From: Chthoniobacterales bacterium
GTDB lineage: Bacteria; Verrucomicrobiota; Verrucomicrobiia; Chthoniobacterales; UBA10450
Length of the DNA: 64,000 bases
Assembly: GCA_038229295.1 (NCBI GenBank)
Contig: JBBROO010000005.1
Location: forward strand, 30,514-94,513
Direction: 5' to 3'
The notes beneath the pieces are model-generated. The model was not told the DNA's origin. It saw only the letters and a program-made list of their open reading frames with translations, and made no database searches. This document shows positions 38,261 through 47,424 of this stretch, piece by piece. The position numbers were made by a program, and so were the translations under genes. How positions within the stretch are numbered: position 1 is the first letter of the stretch; every line of letters begins with the position of its first letter.

Positions 38261-39421
38261 ATGGCTTACCTCGATCAATTTCTGAGCGTGATTGTCGATC
38301 AAGGCGGATCGGATCTGCACATCGGCGAAGGCCAACCGCCGAAGATGCGCAAACACGGCGATGTCGCGCCCATCCGCGAAGGCGTGGTCACCCGCGAGGA
38401 AGCGTTGTCGATGTTGAGTGAAGTTTGCGGGCCGCATAATTGGGAGATTTTCGAGGAGCGCGGCGATTTCGACTTCGCTTACGAGATGGATGCGGCGTCG
38501 CGTTTTCGCTGCAACTACCTCAAGCAGGCGAACGGTTACGGTGCAGTTTTTCGTTTGATTCCGACGAAGATCGCGACGCTCGAACAACTCGGCATTCCGG
38601 CGGTCGTCAAAGAATTCGGACATCTGCGCGGCGGTTTGGTTCTCGTTACCGGCCCGACCGGCTCTGGAAAATCGACGACGCTGGCGGCGTTGATCGATTA
38701 CATCAACGAGAACTTTTCGCGACACATCGTTACGATCGAGGAACCAATCGAGTTCGTGCACGACAACAAACGCAGCGTCATCACGCAACGCGAAGTGCCA
38801 GGAGATTCCGCGTCGTTCCCGGCAGGATTGAAAGCGGCCTTGCGCGAAGATTCCGACATCGTGCTCGTCGGCGAGATGCGGGATCTCGAAACAATTTCGC
38901 TCGCACTCACCGCGGCCGAAACCGGCCTGCTTGTTTTCGGAACGCTGCACACAAACAATGCGCGCAAGACCGTCGATCGCATGGTGGATGTCTTTCCCGC
39001 TTCGCGGCAAGCGCAAGCGCGCGCCATGTTGGCGAACTCATTGCGCGGTGTGTTAGCGCAATTGCTCTTGAAAAAAGCTGACGGTTCAGGTCGCGTGGCG
39101 GTAAACGAAATCCTAATCGCGAACGCTGCCGTGTCTGCCATCATCCGCGAAGGCGCGACGCAAAAACTTCAAGACGTGATCGTTTCCGGCAAAGGGCAGG
39201 GGATGCAATTTATGGACGACGCCATTTGGGCGCTCTTGCAACCCGGAGTCGTTAGTCCGCATGAAGCATTCATGAAAGCGATCGACAAAAATCGATTCAA
39301 AACATTTTTGCCACCGGAAGAAGAACACCTCGGAGACGCGGCCGGCGCCGTGCCGGATGATGAGAAGCGCGCCAAAGGGAACTTCGTCAAACGCATCGCG
39401 CCTCCGCGGCCGGCGCGTTGA
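38261..39421 (+). CDS. second PilT-family ATPase (PilT/PilU paralogue)
   Basis: Start at MAYLDQFLSVIV (tracked ORF 37712.. is an out-of-frame overlap with pilT); GPTGSGKSTT, IVLVGEMRD, LVFGTLHT. Confidence 0.9.
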   Translation: MAYLDQFLSVIVDQGGSDLHIGEGQPPKMRKHGDVAPIREGVVTREEALSMLSEVCGPHNWEIFEERGDFDFAYEMDAASRFRCNYLKQANGYGAVFRLIPTKIATLEQLGIPAVVKEFGHLRGGLVLVTGPTGSGKSTTLAALIDYINENFSRHIVTIEEPIEFVHDNKRSVITQREVPGDSASFPAGLKAALREDSDIVLVGEMRDLETISLALTAAETGLLVFGTLHTNNARKTVDRMVDVFPASRQAQARAMLANSLRGVLAQLLLKKADGSGRVAVNEILIANAAVSAIIREGATQKLQDVIVSGKGQGMQFMDDAIWALLQPGVVSPHEAFMKAIDKNRFKTFLPPEEEHLGDAAGAVPDDEKRAKGNFVKRIAPPRPAR

Positions 39422-40113
39422 CAACAAAAAGGCCGGGTGATAAGGTCGCGCGATTTTCGGCGAGTCCAGCTGGTAACGAACAAGCGCCGCAAGATCGACA
39501 TGTGCATACGCAGTTAAACAGTCAGGTTTTGGTTCTAAACCGGTTGTGGCAGGCCGTGAATATTTGCTCGGCGCGCCGCGCCTTCTCGCTCGTTTATGCC
39601 GGACATGCTCATGTCGTTTCGTCCGATGCGGCGAACAACTTCCTCACACACGACTTCAATAGTTGGCGCGATTTTTCGAACGACGCACCGGACCACGAAC
39701 TGGTCACGACGATCTCGTGGAAGATCCGCGTGCCGCGCGTCATCGTGCTCTTGTTTTTCGATCGGCTGCCGAAGAAGGAAGTGAAGTTCACGCGCCACAA
39801 TGTTTTCGAGCGCGACAAGAACACCTGCCAGTATTGCGGCCACATTTTCGACCGCAACGATTTGAATCTGGACCACGTCATCCCGCGGGATCGCGGTGGG
39901 ACGACGACGTGGGAGAACGTGGTTTGCTCGTGTATTCCGTGCAATACGCGCAAAGGCAATCGGCTTCCGCGCGAAGCGCATATGGCGCTGGTGCGTAAAC
40001 CCAAGCGACCGAAGTGGCGGCCATTCCTGCACGTTACGTTTTCATCACCGCAGCACGAAAGCTGGCGACACTTTGTCGATCTTGCCTATTGGAACGTGGA
40101 GCTGAGCGACTAA
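39418..40113 (+). CDS. HNH endonuclease
   Basis: CQYCG...LDHVIPRDRGGTTTWENVVCSCIPCNTRKGN HNH/zinc-finger core; overlaps the stop of the preceding ATPase; true start may be the GTG near 39502. Confidence 0.8.
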   Translation: MTTKRPGDKVARFSASPAGNEQAPQDRHVHTQLNSQVLVLNRLWQAVNICSARRAFSLVYAGHAHVVSSDAANNFLTHDFNSWRDFSNDAPDHELVTTISWKIRVPRVIVLLFFDRLPKKEVKFTRHNVFERDKNTCQYCGHIFDRNDLNLDHVIPRDRGGTTTWENVVCSCIPCNTRKGNRLPREAHMALVRKPKRPKWRPFLHVTFSSPQHESWRHFVDLAYWNVELSD

Positions 40114-41543
40114 CGAGTCGATGTCGATCTAACGGCGGTCGGCTCGAGCGCTCTCAAAATCGGCTGCGGATAAATTCCGAGCCAAATGATTGCCACGATT
40201 AATCCAGTCATCGTGAGCCGAGATAAAGCGCTCACCGGAATCTGGTTGATGTTAGCGGCGGGCTGCCAATACATCGCGCGCACGACCTTGAGATAATAGT
40301 AGAAGCCGGCGCCGACCGTTATGATGCCGACGATGACGAGCGCGGTTTGATGCTGAGCAAGAGCCGCGGCGAAGATCAAAAATTTTCCAAAGAAGCCAGC
40401 TGTGAAAGGAACGCCGGCAAGCGAGACCATCGCGATCAACATGGCGAAGGCGAGAAATGGTGAGCGGCTCGCGAGTCCGTCGAAGTCGGAAATGTTTTCG
40501 CCCGTTTGTTGCGCCACGACGATCAAGACGGCGAAACTCAGCAGAGTCATGAGCAAATAGGCGACGAGGTAAAAGGTGACCGCGCGTCCATCGAGACAAA
40601 CGATACCAATGAGAAGATAGCCGGCGTGCGCGATGCTCGAGTAGGCGAGGAGACGCTTGAGATTGGTTTGCGGCAGCGCGGCGAGATTGCCGTAGACTAA
40701 CGTGAGCAATGCGATAATGACGAGGACGCGATCTATCCTCGGAAGCATCAGGAATGGCCGCAGCACACGAAGCAAAACGACGAAACCGGCGGCTTTCGAA
40801 CCGACGGAGAGAAATGCCGTCACTGGAGTTGGCGCGCCTTGATAAACATCGGGCACCCAAATCTGGAAGGGCACGGCGGCGATCTTGAAACCGAGTCCGA
40901 CGAGAACGAGCACAGCGCCGAATGTGGCTGCACTGCGTTCGATGTCGATCTTGCCGAAAGCGGCAGCGATTTGTTCGAGATTCGTGTGGCCGGTCGCACC
41001 GAAAATCCAAGTGATGCCATAGACTAAGAACGCGGTCGAGAGCGCGCTCAGCACCAGATATTTTACGCCGGCCTCGAGGCCTAACGGATCGCGGCGATTG
41101 AAACCGACGAGGACGTAAAAGGAAATGGTGACGAGCTCGAGCGAAACGAAGATCGAGACAAAGTCGATGGCGGAGGCCATGAACATTAATCCGGCGCAGG
41201 TGAAAATCGGGAGGGCGAAAAATTCACCGAGTGCAAATGACGATGTCGATCTTGGCGCGTAGTCGAGCATCATGATCAAAACCAAAATGGTAGCGAGCAG
41301 GGCGAAACGTTTGAAGAAGATCGACAAGGGATCGGCGGTGTAGAAGCTCCAGAAGCCGGCGGTGGGATCTCCGATTGGATTGGGGCCGAGAAACCAGGTC
41401 GCGAAAAAGACGGCGATTAATCCAACGATGCCGACATAAGCGAGTGCGCGTTTGTCGATCTTGGCGAGGAAGAGTTCGAGCATAAGAACGAACACGCCCA
41501 AAAACAGAACGGCGATCTCGAGTTTCGGCGCGGTCAATGTCAT
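40110..41543 (-). CDS. nuoN: NADH-quinone oxidoreductase subunit N
   Basis: Antiporter-like 14-TM subunit; start trimmed to MTLTAPKLE (ATGA overlap with nuoM stop). Confidence 0.9.
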   Translation of the reverse strand: MTLTAPKLEIAVLFLGVFVLMLELFLAKIDKRALAYVGIVGLIAVFFATWFLGPNPIGDPTAGFWSFYTADPLSIFFKRFALLATILVLIMMLDYAPRSTSSFALGEFFALPIFTCAGLMFMASAIDFVSIFVSLELVTISFYVLVGFNRRDPLGLEAGVKYLVLSALSTAFLVYGITWIFGATGHTNLEQIAAAFGKIDIERSAATFGAVLVLVGLGFKIAAVPFQIWVPDVYQGAPTPVTAFLSVGSKAAGFVVLLRVLRPFLMLPRIDRVLVIIALLTLVYGNLAALPQTNLKRLLAYSSIAHAGYLLIGIVCLDGRAVTFYLVAYLLMTLLSFAVLIVVAQQTGENISDFDGLASRSPFLAFAMLIAMVSLAGVPFTAGFFGKFLIFAAALAQHQTALVIVGIITVGAGFYYYLKVVRAMYWQPAANINQIPVSALSRLTMTGLIVAIIWLGIYPQPILRALEPTAVRSTSTR

Positions 41544-43018
41544 GGCAACGCGGCGGTTTTGAAATAGGTGCGGAAAGCTGGCGCGACGACGCGGACGATT
41601 TGTTGCGGAAAGAATCCGAACCAAAGCGAGACCGCAATCAGCATCGTGGCGGGCAAACGCAGACCAATGCGAAGATCCACAAGTTGATTCCAGCGCTCGT
41701 TAGGCGCGCCCATGAAGACGGAGCGGTAAGCGCGCAGCATGTAAACGGCGGAGATGACGACGCCCCACAAGGCCAGCACGGTGGCGATTTGGAAGGTGTG
41801 AAAATGTTCGATGTCCCAGCCGTTCCGAAACGCGCCGAAGAAAACCATAATCTCGGCGGCGAAGTTGGCGAAGCCGGGGAGACCGATGGCAGCGAATGCG
41901 CCGAAGCCGAAAGCTAATCCTGCGAACGGCATCACTTTGGCAAGGCCGCCGAGATCTTCGAGGACGAGTGTGCCGGTGCGTTTTCGGATTTCGCCGGCGA
42001 TGGCGAATAAGAGCGCGATCGACAATCCGTGGGCGAACATCAGAGTCGCCGCGCCGATTGTCCCGAGAGCGTTCGCGCTGGCGATGCCGAGAAAGATGTA
42101 ACCCATGTGCATGACGCTGGAGTAGCCGAGCATCCAATCGAGTCGCTTCTGCGCGATGGTGACAAGGCCGATATAGATGATGTTGCCTAACAACAACGCG
42201 ATGAGAAGACCGGACCAATATTGTGCGCCGGCTGGAAGCAGCGGAACGGCCAGGCGGAGTAAACCGTAGAGGCCGAATTTCTTCAGCACGCCGGCGTGCA
42301 ACATCGCAGCCGGCGCCGGCGCGGACGCGTACGCTTCCGGCGCCCAAGTGTGAAATGGGAAAAGCGAAATCAAAATTCCGAAGCCAATCAGGAGGAGGAG
42401 ATAAATGTTTCGTTGCGCATCGGGAGGGATTTGTCCGGCGGCGGCTTTGAGCGCGCGCAGATCAAATGTGCGCACAGGCGCGGGCAGACTTTGATAAAGC
42501 AGGATCAACCCGAGCAACAGAATGAAACTCCCGATGGCGAGATAAATCGTGATCTTCCAGGCGGCGGCGCTGCGATTGCCGCTGCCCCAGATTCCGATGA
42601 GCAAAAAAGTCGGAATGAGTGCGAGCTCGTGAAAGGCGTAAAAGAAAAAAAGATCGAGCGAGGCAAACGCGCCGATGGCGCCGCCGGAAATCAAAAGCAG
42701 ACAGGCGTAAAACGCGTGTTCGTGCTTGTCGATCTTATCGGTAAACCAAATGGCCGCGACAGTGACGATAGTCGCGAGTAAAACCATGACCAGACTCAGG
42801 CCGTCGAGTCCGAGTGTGAAACTGAAATGCCATTCCGTCGAAATTGGAAATGAGATGACGTATTGAAAACTGCGGCGCGATTCTTCGAACTGGCGGAGCG
42901 CGAGCAGTGCCAAAAATAAACTGAAGATGGAAGCGCCGAGCGCGGTCTTGCGCGGCGGTGCGCCGAGAATGATGGCGAGCGCGGCGAAGATCGGTGCGAG
43001 AACGAGAAGGAGAAGCAT
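41540..43018 (-). CDS. nuoM: NADH-quinone oxidoreductase subunit M
   Basis: Antiporter-like subunit; start trimmed to [11 protein letters not shown] overlapping the nuoL stop (TGATG). Confidence 0.9.
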   Translation of the reverse strand: MLLLLVLAPIFAALAIILGAPPRKTALGASIFSLFLALLALRQFEESRRSFQYVISFPISTEWHFSFTLGLDGLSLVMVLLATIVTVAAIWFTDKIDKHEHAFYACLLLISGGAIGAFASLDLFFFYAFHELALIPTFLLIGIWGSGNRSAAAWKITIYLAIGSFILLLGLILLYQSLPAPVRTFDLRALKAAAGQIPPDAQRNIYLLLLIGFGILISLFPFHTWAPEAYASAPAPAAMLHAGVLKKFGLYGLLRLAVPLLPAGAQYWSGLLIALLLGNIIYIGLVTIAQKRLDWMLGYSSVMHMGYIFLGIASANALGTIGAATLMFAHGLSIALLFAIAGEIRKRTGTLVLEDLGGLAKVMPFAGLAFGFGAFAAIGLPGFANFAAEIMVFFGAFRNGWDIEHFHTFQIATVLALWGVVISAVYMLRAYRSVFMGAPNERWNQLVDLRIGLRLPATMLIAVSLWFGFFPQQIVRVVAPAFRTYFKTAALP

Positions 43019-44826
43019 CAGCGTAAGACCGCGAAATAAATCACTGCGACAATGCCGAGCCCGAAGAGAAACGAATATGCCTGCAGGTTTCCGATTTGCG
43101 CGAGGCGCAGCAGCGCGCCGATTCCCCACGTGCCTCCGCTCAATCCGCGAATGGCGCCGGCATCAATAATCCAGCGGTCTATAAATGCGCTAAGACGCGC
43201 CAGAAATTCCTGCGTCGCGTTGATGAGCCAGGTGTAGAGCTCGTCGAAATAAAATCGGCGTCGCACAAGATCGACATGAAACGCTTCCGCGGTGCGATTG
43301 CGATAAACGAAGATGGCGAGCGCGCTGCCGGCGAGCATCGCGAAAAGCGCGAGCGCGGGAACGACCATGTTCATTTCCTTTTCGTGCGGAACGACGAGAA
43401 AGTTTCGGGCGAAGAAAGTGAAACCGCCGATGAACGCGAGCATGGCGAGAACGATGAGCGGTCCGGTCATGACGAATGGCGATTCGTCGCTGCTGCGCGC
43501 GGCGTCGCTGCGCGGTTTGCCGAAAAAGACGACAACCATCAGACGCATCACGTAGAACGCGGTCAAAAACGCGGTGAATACCGCGACGGCGAAGATCGAC
43601 ATGTTATGTTCGAAGGCGAGCGCGAGGACGGCGTCTTTGCTGAAGAAACCGCTGAATGGTGGACAACCGATAAGCGCGAGCGAACCGACCGCGAATGTTA
43701 GAAACGTGATCGGCAGCTTTTTGGCGAGCCCGCCCATCTTCCAAATGTCTTGCTCGTGATGCAGCATTAAGATGACGGAACCTGCGCCGAGGAAAAGGAG
43801 CGCTTTGAAAAACGCGTGCGTGAAAAGATGGAACATGGCGGCCTCGTTAGACGAAAGGCCGACGGCCATAATCATGTAACCGAGTTGCGAAAGAGTGGAG
43901 TAGGCAAGGATGCGTTTGATGTCGCTTTGTTGAGTGGCGATGAGCGCGGCCATGATGGCGGTGAAGACTCCGATCCACGCGATGACTAACAACGCCGTTT
44001 GCGATGCTTGAATTAAAAAACCGACGCGTGCGAGCATGTAAACGCCGGCGGCGACCATGGTCGCGGCGTGGATAAGCGCGGAAACCGGCGTCGGGCCTTC
44101 CATCGCGTCGGGCAACCAAACGTGCAGCGGAAATTGCGCAGACTTGCCGACGGCGCCGCAAAAAATCAAAAGCGCGGTGGCGGTGAGATAGCCGGAGTTG
44201 CTGGTCAAGATCGACATCTTCGGCGCGATATCATCGAACACGATCGATCCGGTCGCGCTCCAGACCATGAGGATGCCGAGCATGAAACCGAAATCGCCGA
44301 TGCGATTCGTTAGGAACGCTTTCTTGGCCGCGTCGGCCGCGGCTGCACGAGTGAACCAGTGCCCGATGAGAACGTAGGAGGTGAAGCCGACGAGTTCCCA
44401 AAAAATGAAAAGCATGACGAAATTATTCGCCAGCACGATTCCGAACATGGCGAACATGAAAAGGGAGAGCGCGGCGAAGTAGCGCGATTTGCCGTCGTCG
44501 TCCCGCATGTAACCTAACGAGTAGATGTGGATGAGCGCACCGACGCCGGAGACGATGAGAAGCATCGTCCGGCTCAAATTGTCGAGGACGAGGCCTAACG
44601 GGACCTTGAAAACGCCGGCGATGTCGATCCAAGATAATTCCGCGGCAGAGGGGTCGGTTCGGCGGAAGATCATCCAACTGCAAATAAAACTCGCGATGAC
44701 CGCCGCGACGGAGATGAAACTGCTCAACGTTTTCCATCGGCGCGTGAAGAGTGTGATGAGCGCCGCCGACGCCAGCGGCAGCAGCAGCACATACCAGGGC
44801 AGCGTGGTGTTGATGGTGAAATTCAA
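43018..44826 (-). CDS. nuoL: NADH-quinone oxidoreductase subunit L
   Basis: 602 aa antiporter-like subunit with C-terminal extension; TTG start overlapping nuoK stop. Confidence 0.9.
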   Translation of the reverse strand: MNFTINTTLPWYVLLLPLASAALITLFTRRWKTLSSFISVAAVIASFICSWMIFRRTDPSAAELSWIDIAGVFKVPLGLVLDNLSRTMLLIVSGVGALIHIYSLGYMRDDDGKSRYFAALSLFMFAMFGIVLANNFVMLFIFWELVGFTSYVLIGHWFTRAAAADAAKKAFLTNRIGDFGFMLGILMVWSATGSIVFDDIAPKMSILTSNSGYLTATALLIFCGAVGKSAQFPLHVWLPDAMEGPTPVSALIHAATMVAAGVYMLARVGFLIQASQTALLVIAWIGVFTAIMAALIATQQSDIKRILAYSTLSQLGYMIMAVGLSSNEAAMFHLFTHAFFKALLFLGAGSVILMLHHEQDIWKMGGLAKKLPITFLTFAVGSLALIGCPPFSGFFSKDAVLALAFEHNMSIFAVAVFTAFLTAFYVMRLMVVVFFGKPRSDAARSSDESPFVMTGPLIVLAMLAFIGGFTFFARNFLVVPHEKEMNMVVPALALFAMLAGSALAIFVYRNRTAEAFHVDLVRRRFYFDELYTWLINATQEFLARLSAFIDRWIIDAGAIRGLSGGTWGIGALLRLAQIGNLQAYSFLFGLGIVAVIYFAVLR

Positions 44827-45146
44827 AACTTCAAAGTGTTGATGTCTTCGACATGCGTCGTTCGTCGCGCGCGATAAAGCGCGACGATGATGGCGAGTCC
44901 GACGGCAACTTCGGCGGCGGCGACGGTGATGATGAAGAAGACGAAGACTTGCGCGCTGTAGTTAGGCAAATGGCTCGTTAGATCGACATGGAAACGTGAG
45001 AAGGCGACGAGCGATAAATTCGCGGCGTTCAACATCAACTCGAGCGACATGAAAATGGTGATGATGTTACGGCGCAACATCACGCCGGCGAAACCGATGG
45101 TGAAAAGCATTCCGCTGACGGTGAGATAATGGCCGAGCGTGATCAT
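44823..45146 (-). CDS. nuoK: NADH-quinone oxidoreductase subunit K
   Basis: 107 aa, three TM helices, position between nuoJ and nuoL. Confidence 0.9.
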   Translation of the reverse strand: MITLGHYLTVSGMLFTIGFAGVMLRRNIITIFMSLELMLNAANLSLVAFSRFHVDLTSHLPNYSAQVFVFFIITVAAAEVAVGLAIIVALYRARRTTHVEDINTLKF

Positions 45147-45652
45147 TTGTTAGGCAGCTCGCGTTTGCTCAATACGACCACGCCGATCGTCGCGACGAGC
45201 ACGAGGACGCCGATGATTTGGAAGGGGAAGTTGAAATTGGTGAAGAGGAGCGCGCCGATGTTGTGCACGTCGTCGATTGTCGATCTTGGCAACGGCGCAA
45301 ACGATTGCTGCGCCATTTTGGAACGGCCGATGACGGAGAGGATTTGCAGAAGAAGAATGAGAGCGACGACAACTCCACCGGCGGTCGCGACCCAGTTGAT
45401 CTTGCGCAACTCTTCCGCGCGCAGATCGAGCAACATGATGATGAAGAGGAACAGGACCATGACGGCGCCGGCATAAACGAGCACTTGGATGACGCCGATG
45501 AAGAAGGCGTCGAGCATGACGAAAAGAGCGGCGAGACCGAGAAATGAAACGACGAGGCTGAGCGCGCTCGCGACAGGATTGCGATTGAGGACGACGGCGG
45601 CGCCGAAGACGAGCATCAACAGCGCGAAAACCCAAAACAGAATCAGCTGCAT
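45143..45652 (-). CDS. nuoJ: NADH-quinone oxidoreductase subunit J
   Basis: 169 aa, five TM helices, ATGA overlap with nuoK. Confidence 0.85.
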   Translation of the reverse strand: MQLILFWVFALLMLVFGAAVVLNRNPVASALSLVVSFLGLAALFVMLDAFFIGVIQVLVYAGAVMVLFLFIIMLLDLRAEELRKINWVATAGGVVVALILLLQILSVIGRSKMAQQSFAPLPRSTIDDVHNIGALLFTNFNFPFQIIGVLVLVATIGVVVLSKRELPNK

Positions 45653-45690
45653 GATACGTCGTAAGCTAATTGCGCATCGCTAAAGTGCGC

Positions 45691-45807
45691 TGTCATCCTG
45701 AACGAAGTGAAGGACCTCACATTCGAAGTTTGGATTACGCAAGGTCGCGAGTGTGATTCAATCATCCTATGTGAGGTCCCTCGCCGTCTTCGCGGCTCGG
45801 GATGACA
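45691..45807. repeat. REP/MITE-like inverted-repeat element, copy 5, inside the nuo operon
   Basis: TGTCATCCTGAACGAAGTGAAGGACCTCACA ... TGTGAGGTCCCTCGCCGTCTTCGCGGCTCGGGATGACA fills the nuoI-stop / nuoJ-start gap. Confidence 0.8.
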
Positions 45808-45812
45808 GCGCG

Positions 45813-46343
45813 TTATTTTTTCTCGTTCCATTTCAAAACGACGCCGTGCATGACGCCGCCGATTTCGAGCAGCTTGTCTTTGTGATGCACCATTTCTTCG
45901 CGCGTGAATCCGGTAATGGCGTAATCTTTGCGCAGGAAAATAGCCTGCTCCGGGCAAACTTCTTCGCACATGCCGCAGTAAATGCAGCGGATCATGTCGA
46001 TGTCGAATTCCTCCGGATATTTCTCGACCTTCACGAAACGATCGTTCGACGGAATTTCGCCGGGGATGATTTTGATGGCGCGCGGCGGGCAAATGAATTC
46101 GCAGAGTTGGCAGGCGACGCAACGAATGCGGTCATCCGCGTCGCGCACGAGCGCCGGCGCGCCGCGATAATAATCGGGCATGCTCGCGTCCCATTTTTGT
46201 TCGGGGTATTGCATGGTCACTTTGGTGCGACCGAAAAGCATGTTCACGAAATGCTTCATCGTAATGGCGAGACCGGCAACAATGGCCGGCAGATACATGC
46301 GCTCGCGCCAATTTAATTTCGGACGTGGAACGGTGATGGCCAT
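45813..46343 (-). CDS. nuoI: NADH-quinone oxidoreductase subunit I
   Basis: Two 4Fe-4S ferredoxin motifs CVACQLCEFICP and CIYCGMCEEVCP. Confidence 0.9.
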   Translation of the reverse strand: MAITVPRPKLNWRERMYLPAIVAGLAITMKHFVNMLFGRTKVTMQYPEQKWDASMPDYYRGAPALVRDADDRIRCVACQLCEFICPPRAIKIIPGEIPSNDRFVKVEKYPEEFDIDMIRCIYCGMCEEVCPEQAIFLRKDYAITGFTREEMVHHKDKLLEIGGVMHGVVLKWNEKK

Positions 46344-46349
46344 GTCGAT

Positions 46350-47414
46350 CTAAGCGGGAAAGTAGGCGACGATGCCGGCCGCAATGAAAATGTTAACGAG
46401 CGCGATCTCGAAAAAAAAGAGCCAGCCGAGCCGCATTAATTGATCGTAGCGAAATCGCGGCAGAGTCCAGCGCACCCAGATGAAGAAGAGCAAGATGACG
46501 CTGACCTTGGCGAAAAAGATCGCGATGTTGATGAGGCCGAAGATCGGCCCGTGAGAGCCGTCCGGGATTCCGGGAAAGTGCCAGCCGCCAAAAAATAAAG
46601 TCACGATGACGGCCGAGCCGGTGATCATAGCCGCGTATTCACCGAGGAAAAACAGAGCGAATTTCATCGACGAATATTCGGTGTGATAACCGCCGGCTAA
46701 TTCTTGCTCGGCCTCGGGAAGATCGAATGGCAAGCGATTCGTTTCCGCGAACATCGCGACCACGAAAACGAAAAAGGAAATGATCATGGGAACGGCAAGA
46801 AGCCATTTCGCCGGGTTCGACCAATCGCCGATGAAGGGAGCGATCATCCAACCGTGGTCGATTTGGTAGCGAACAACTTCGCTCAGGCGCAATTGACCGA
46901 CGACCATGAAGATGGGGATGACAGCCAGGCCTAACGAGAGCTCGTAGGAGATCATTTGCGAACTGGAACGGACGCCGCCGAGAAATGGATATTTGGAATT
47001 GGAAGCCCAACCCGCCAGCACGATGCCGTAAACGCCTAACGAGGCGATGGCGAAGACGAACAGAATGCCGACGTTAATATCGGCGATGACCATTGGGATG
47101 CCGAACAGCGTGCTGCCGAATGGAACGACGGCGATGGTAATGATGGCGGGCATTACGGCGAGGCAGGGCGCGAGCCAGTAGTAAAAGGTGTTCACGCCGG
47201 CGGGTGTGAAATCTTCTTTGATCAAAAGTTTGACGACATCGGCAATGGGTTGGAGAAGGCCGGCGGGTCCGACGCGATTCGGTCCCGGTCGATCTTGAAT
47301 GAATGCGCTGACGCGGCGCTCAGCGTAAACGCTGTAGGAAACCATCGGCAGAATCACGAGAAATAAAATTCCGACGATCTTGAGCAGCGAAGTGAAAATG
47401 AACCAGGAGTACAT
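46350..47414 (-). CDS. nuoH: NADH-quinone oxidoreductase subunit H
   Basis: Start trimmed to MYSWFIFTSLL; 8-TM NuoH/ND1 pattern (RRVSAFIQDRPGPNRVGP, ETNRLPFDLPEAEQEL). Confidence 0.9.
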   Translation of the reverse strand: MYSWFIFTSLLKIVGILFLVILPMVSYSVYAERRVSAFIQDRPGPNRVGPAGLLQPIADVVKLLIKEDFTPAGVNTFYYWLAPCLAVMPAIITIAVVPFGSTLFGIPMVIADINVGILFVFAIASLGVYGIVLAGWASNSKYPFLGGVRSSSQMISYELSLGLAVIPIFMVVGQLRLSEVVRYQIDHGWMIAPFIGDWSNPAKWLLAVPMIISFFVFVVAMFAETNRLPFDLPEAEQELAGGYHTEYSSMKFALFFLGEYAAMITGSAVIVTLFFGGWHFPGIPDGSHGPIFGLINIAIFFAKVSVILLFFIWVRWTLPRFRYDQLMRLGWLFFFEIALVNIFIAAGIVAYFPA

Positions 47415-47424
47415 GTCGATCTTA
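47412..47424 (-). repeat. AAGATCGACA word forming the whole nuoG-stop / nuoH-start junction
   Basis: minus strand reads TAA-GATCGAC-ATG: stop codon, 7-nt spacer and start codon all lie in the extended word. Confidence 0.9.

Noticed and set aside
39418-40113. HNH nuclease as part of a restriction-modification or other defence island
   Set aside because: No methyltransferase, helicase, or other defence-associated gene is adjacent, and the neighbours are pilT paralogues and nuoN. It is treated only as an unusual operon partner.
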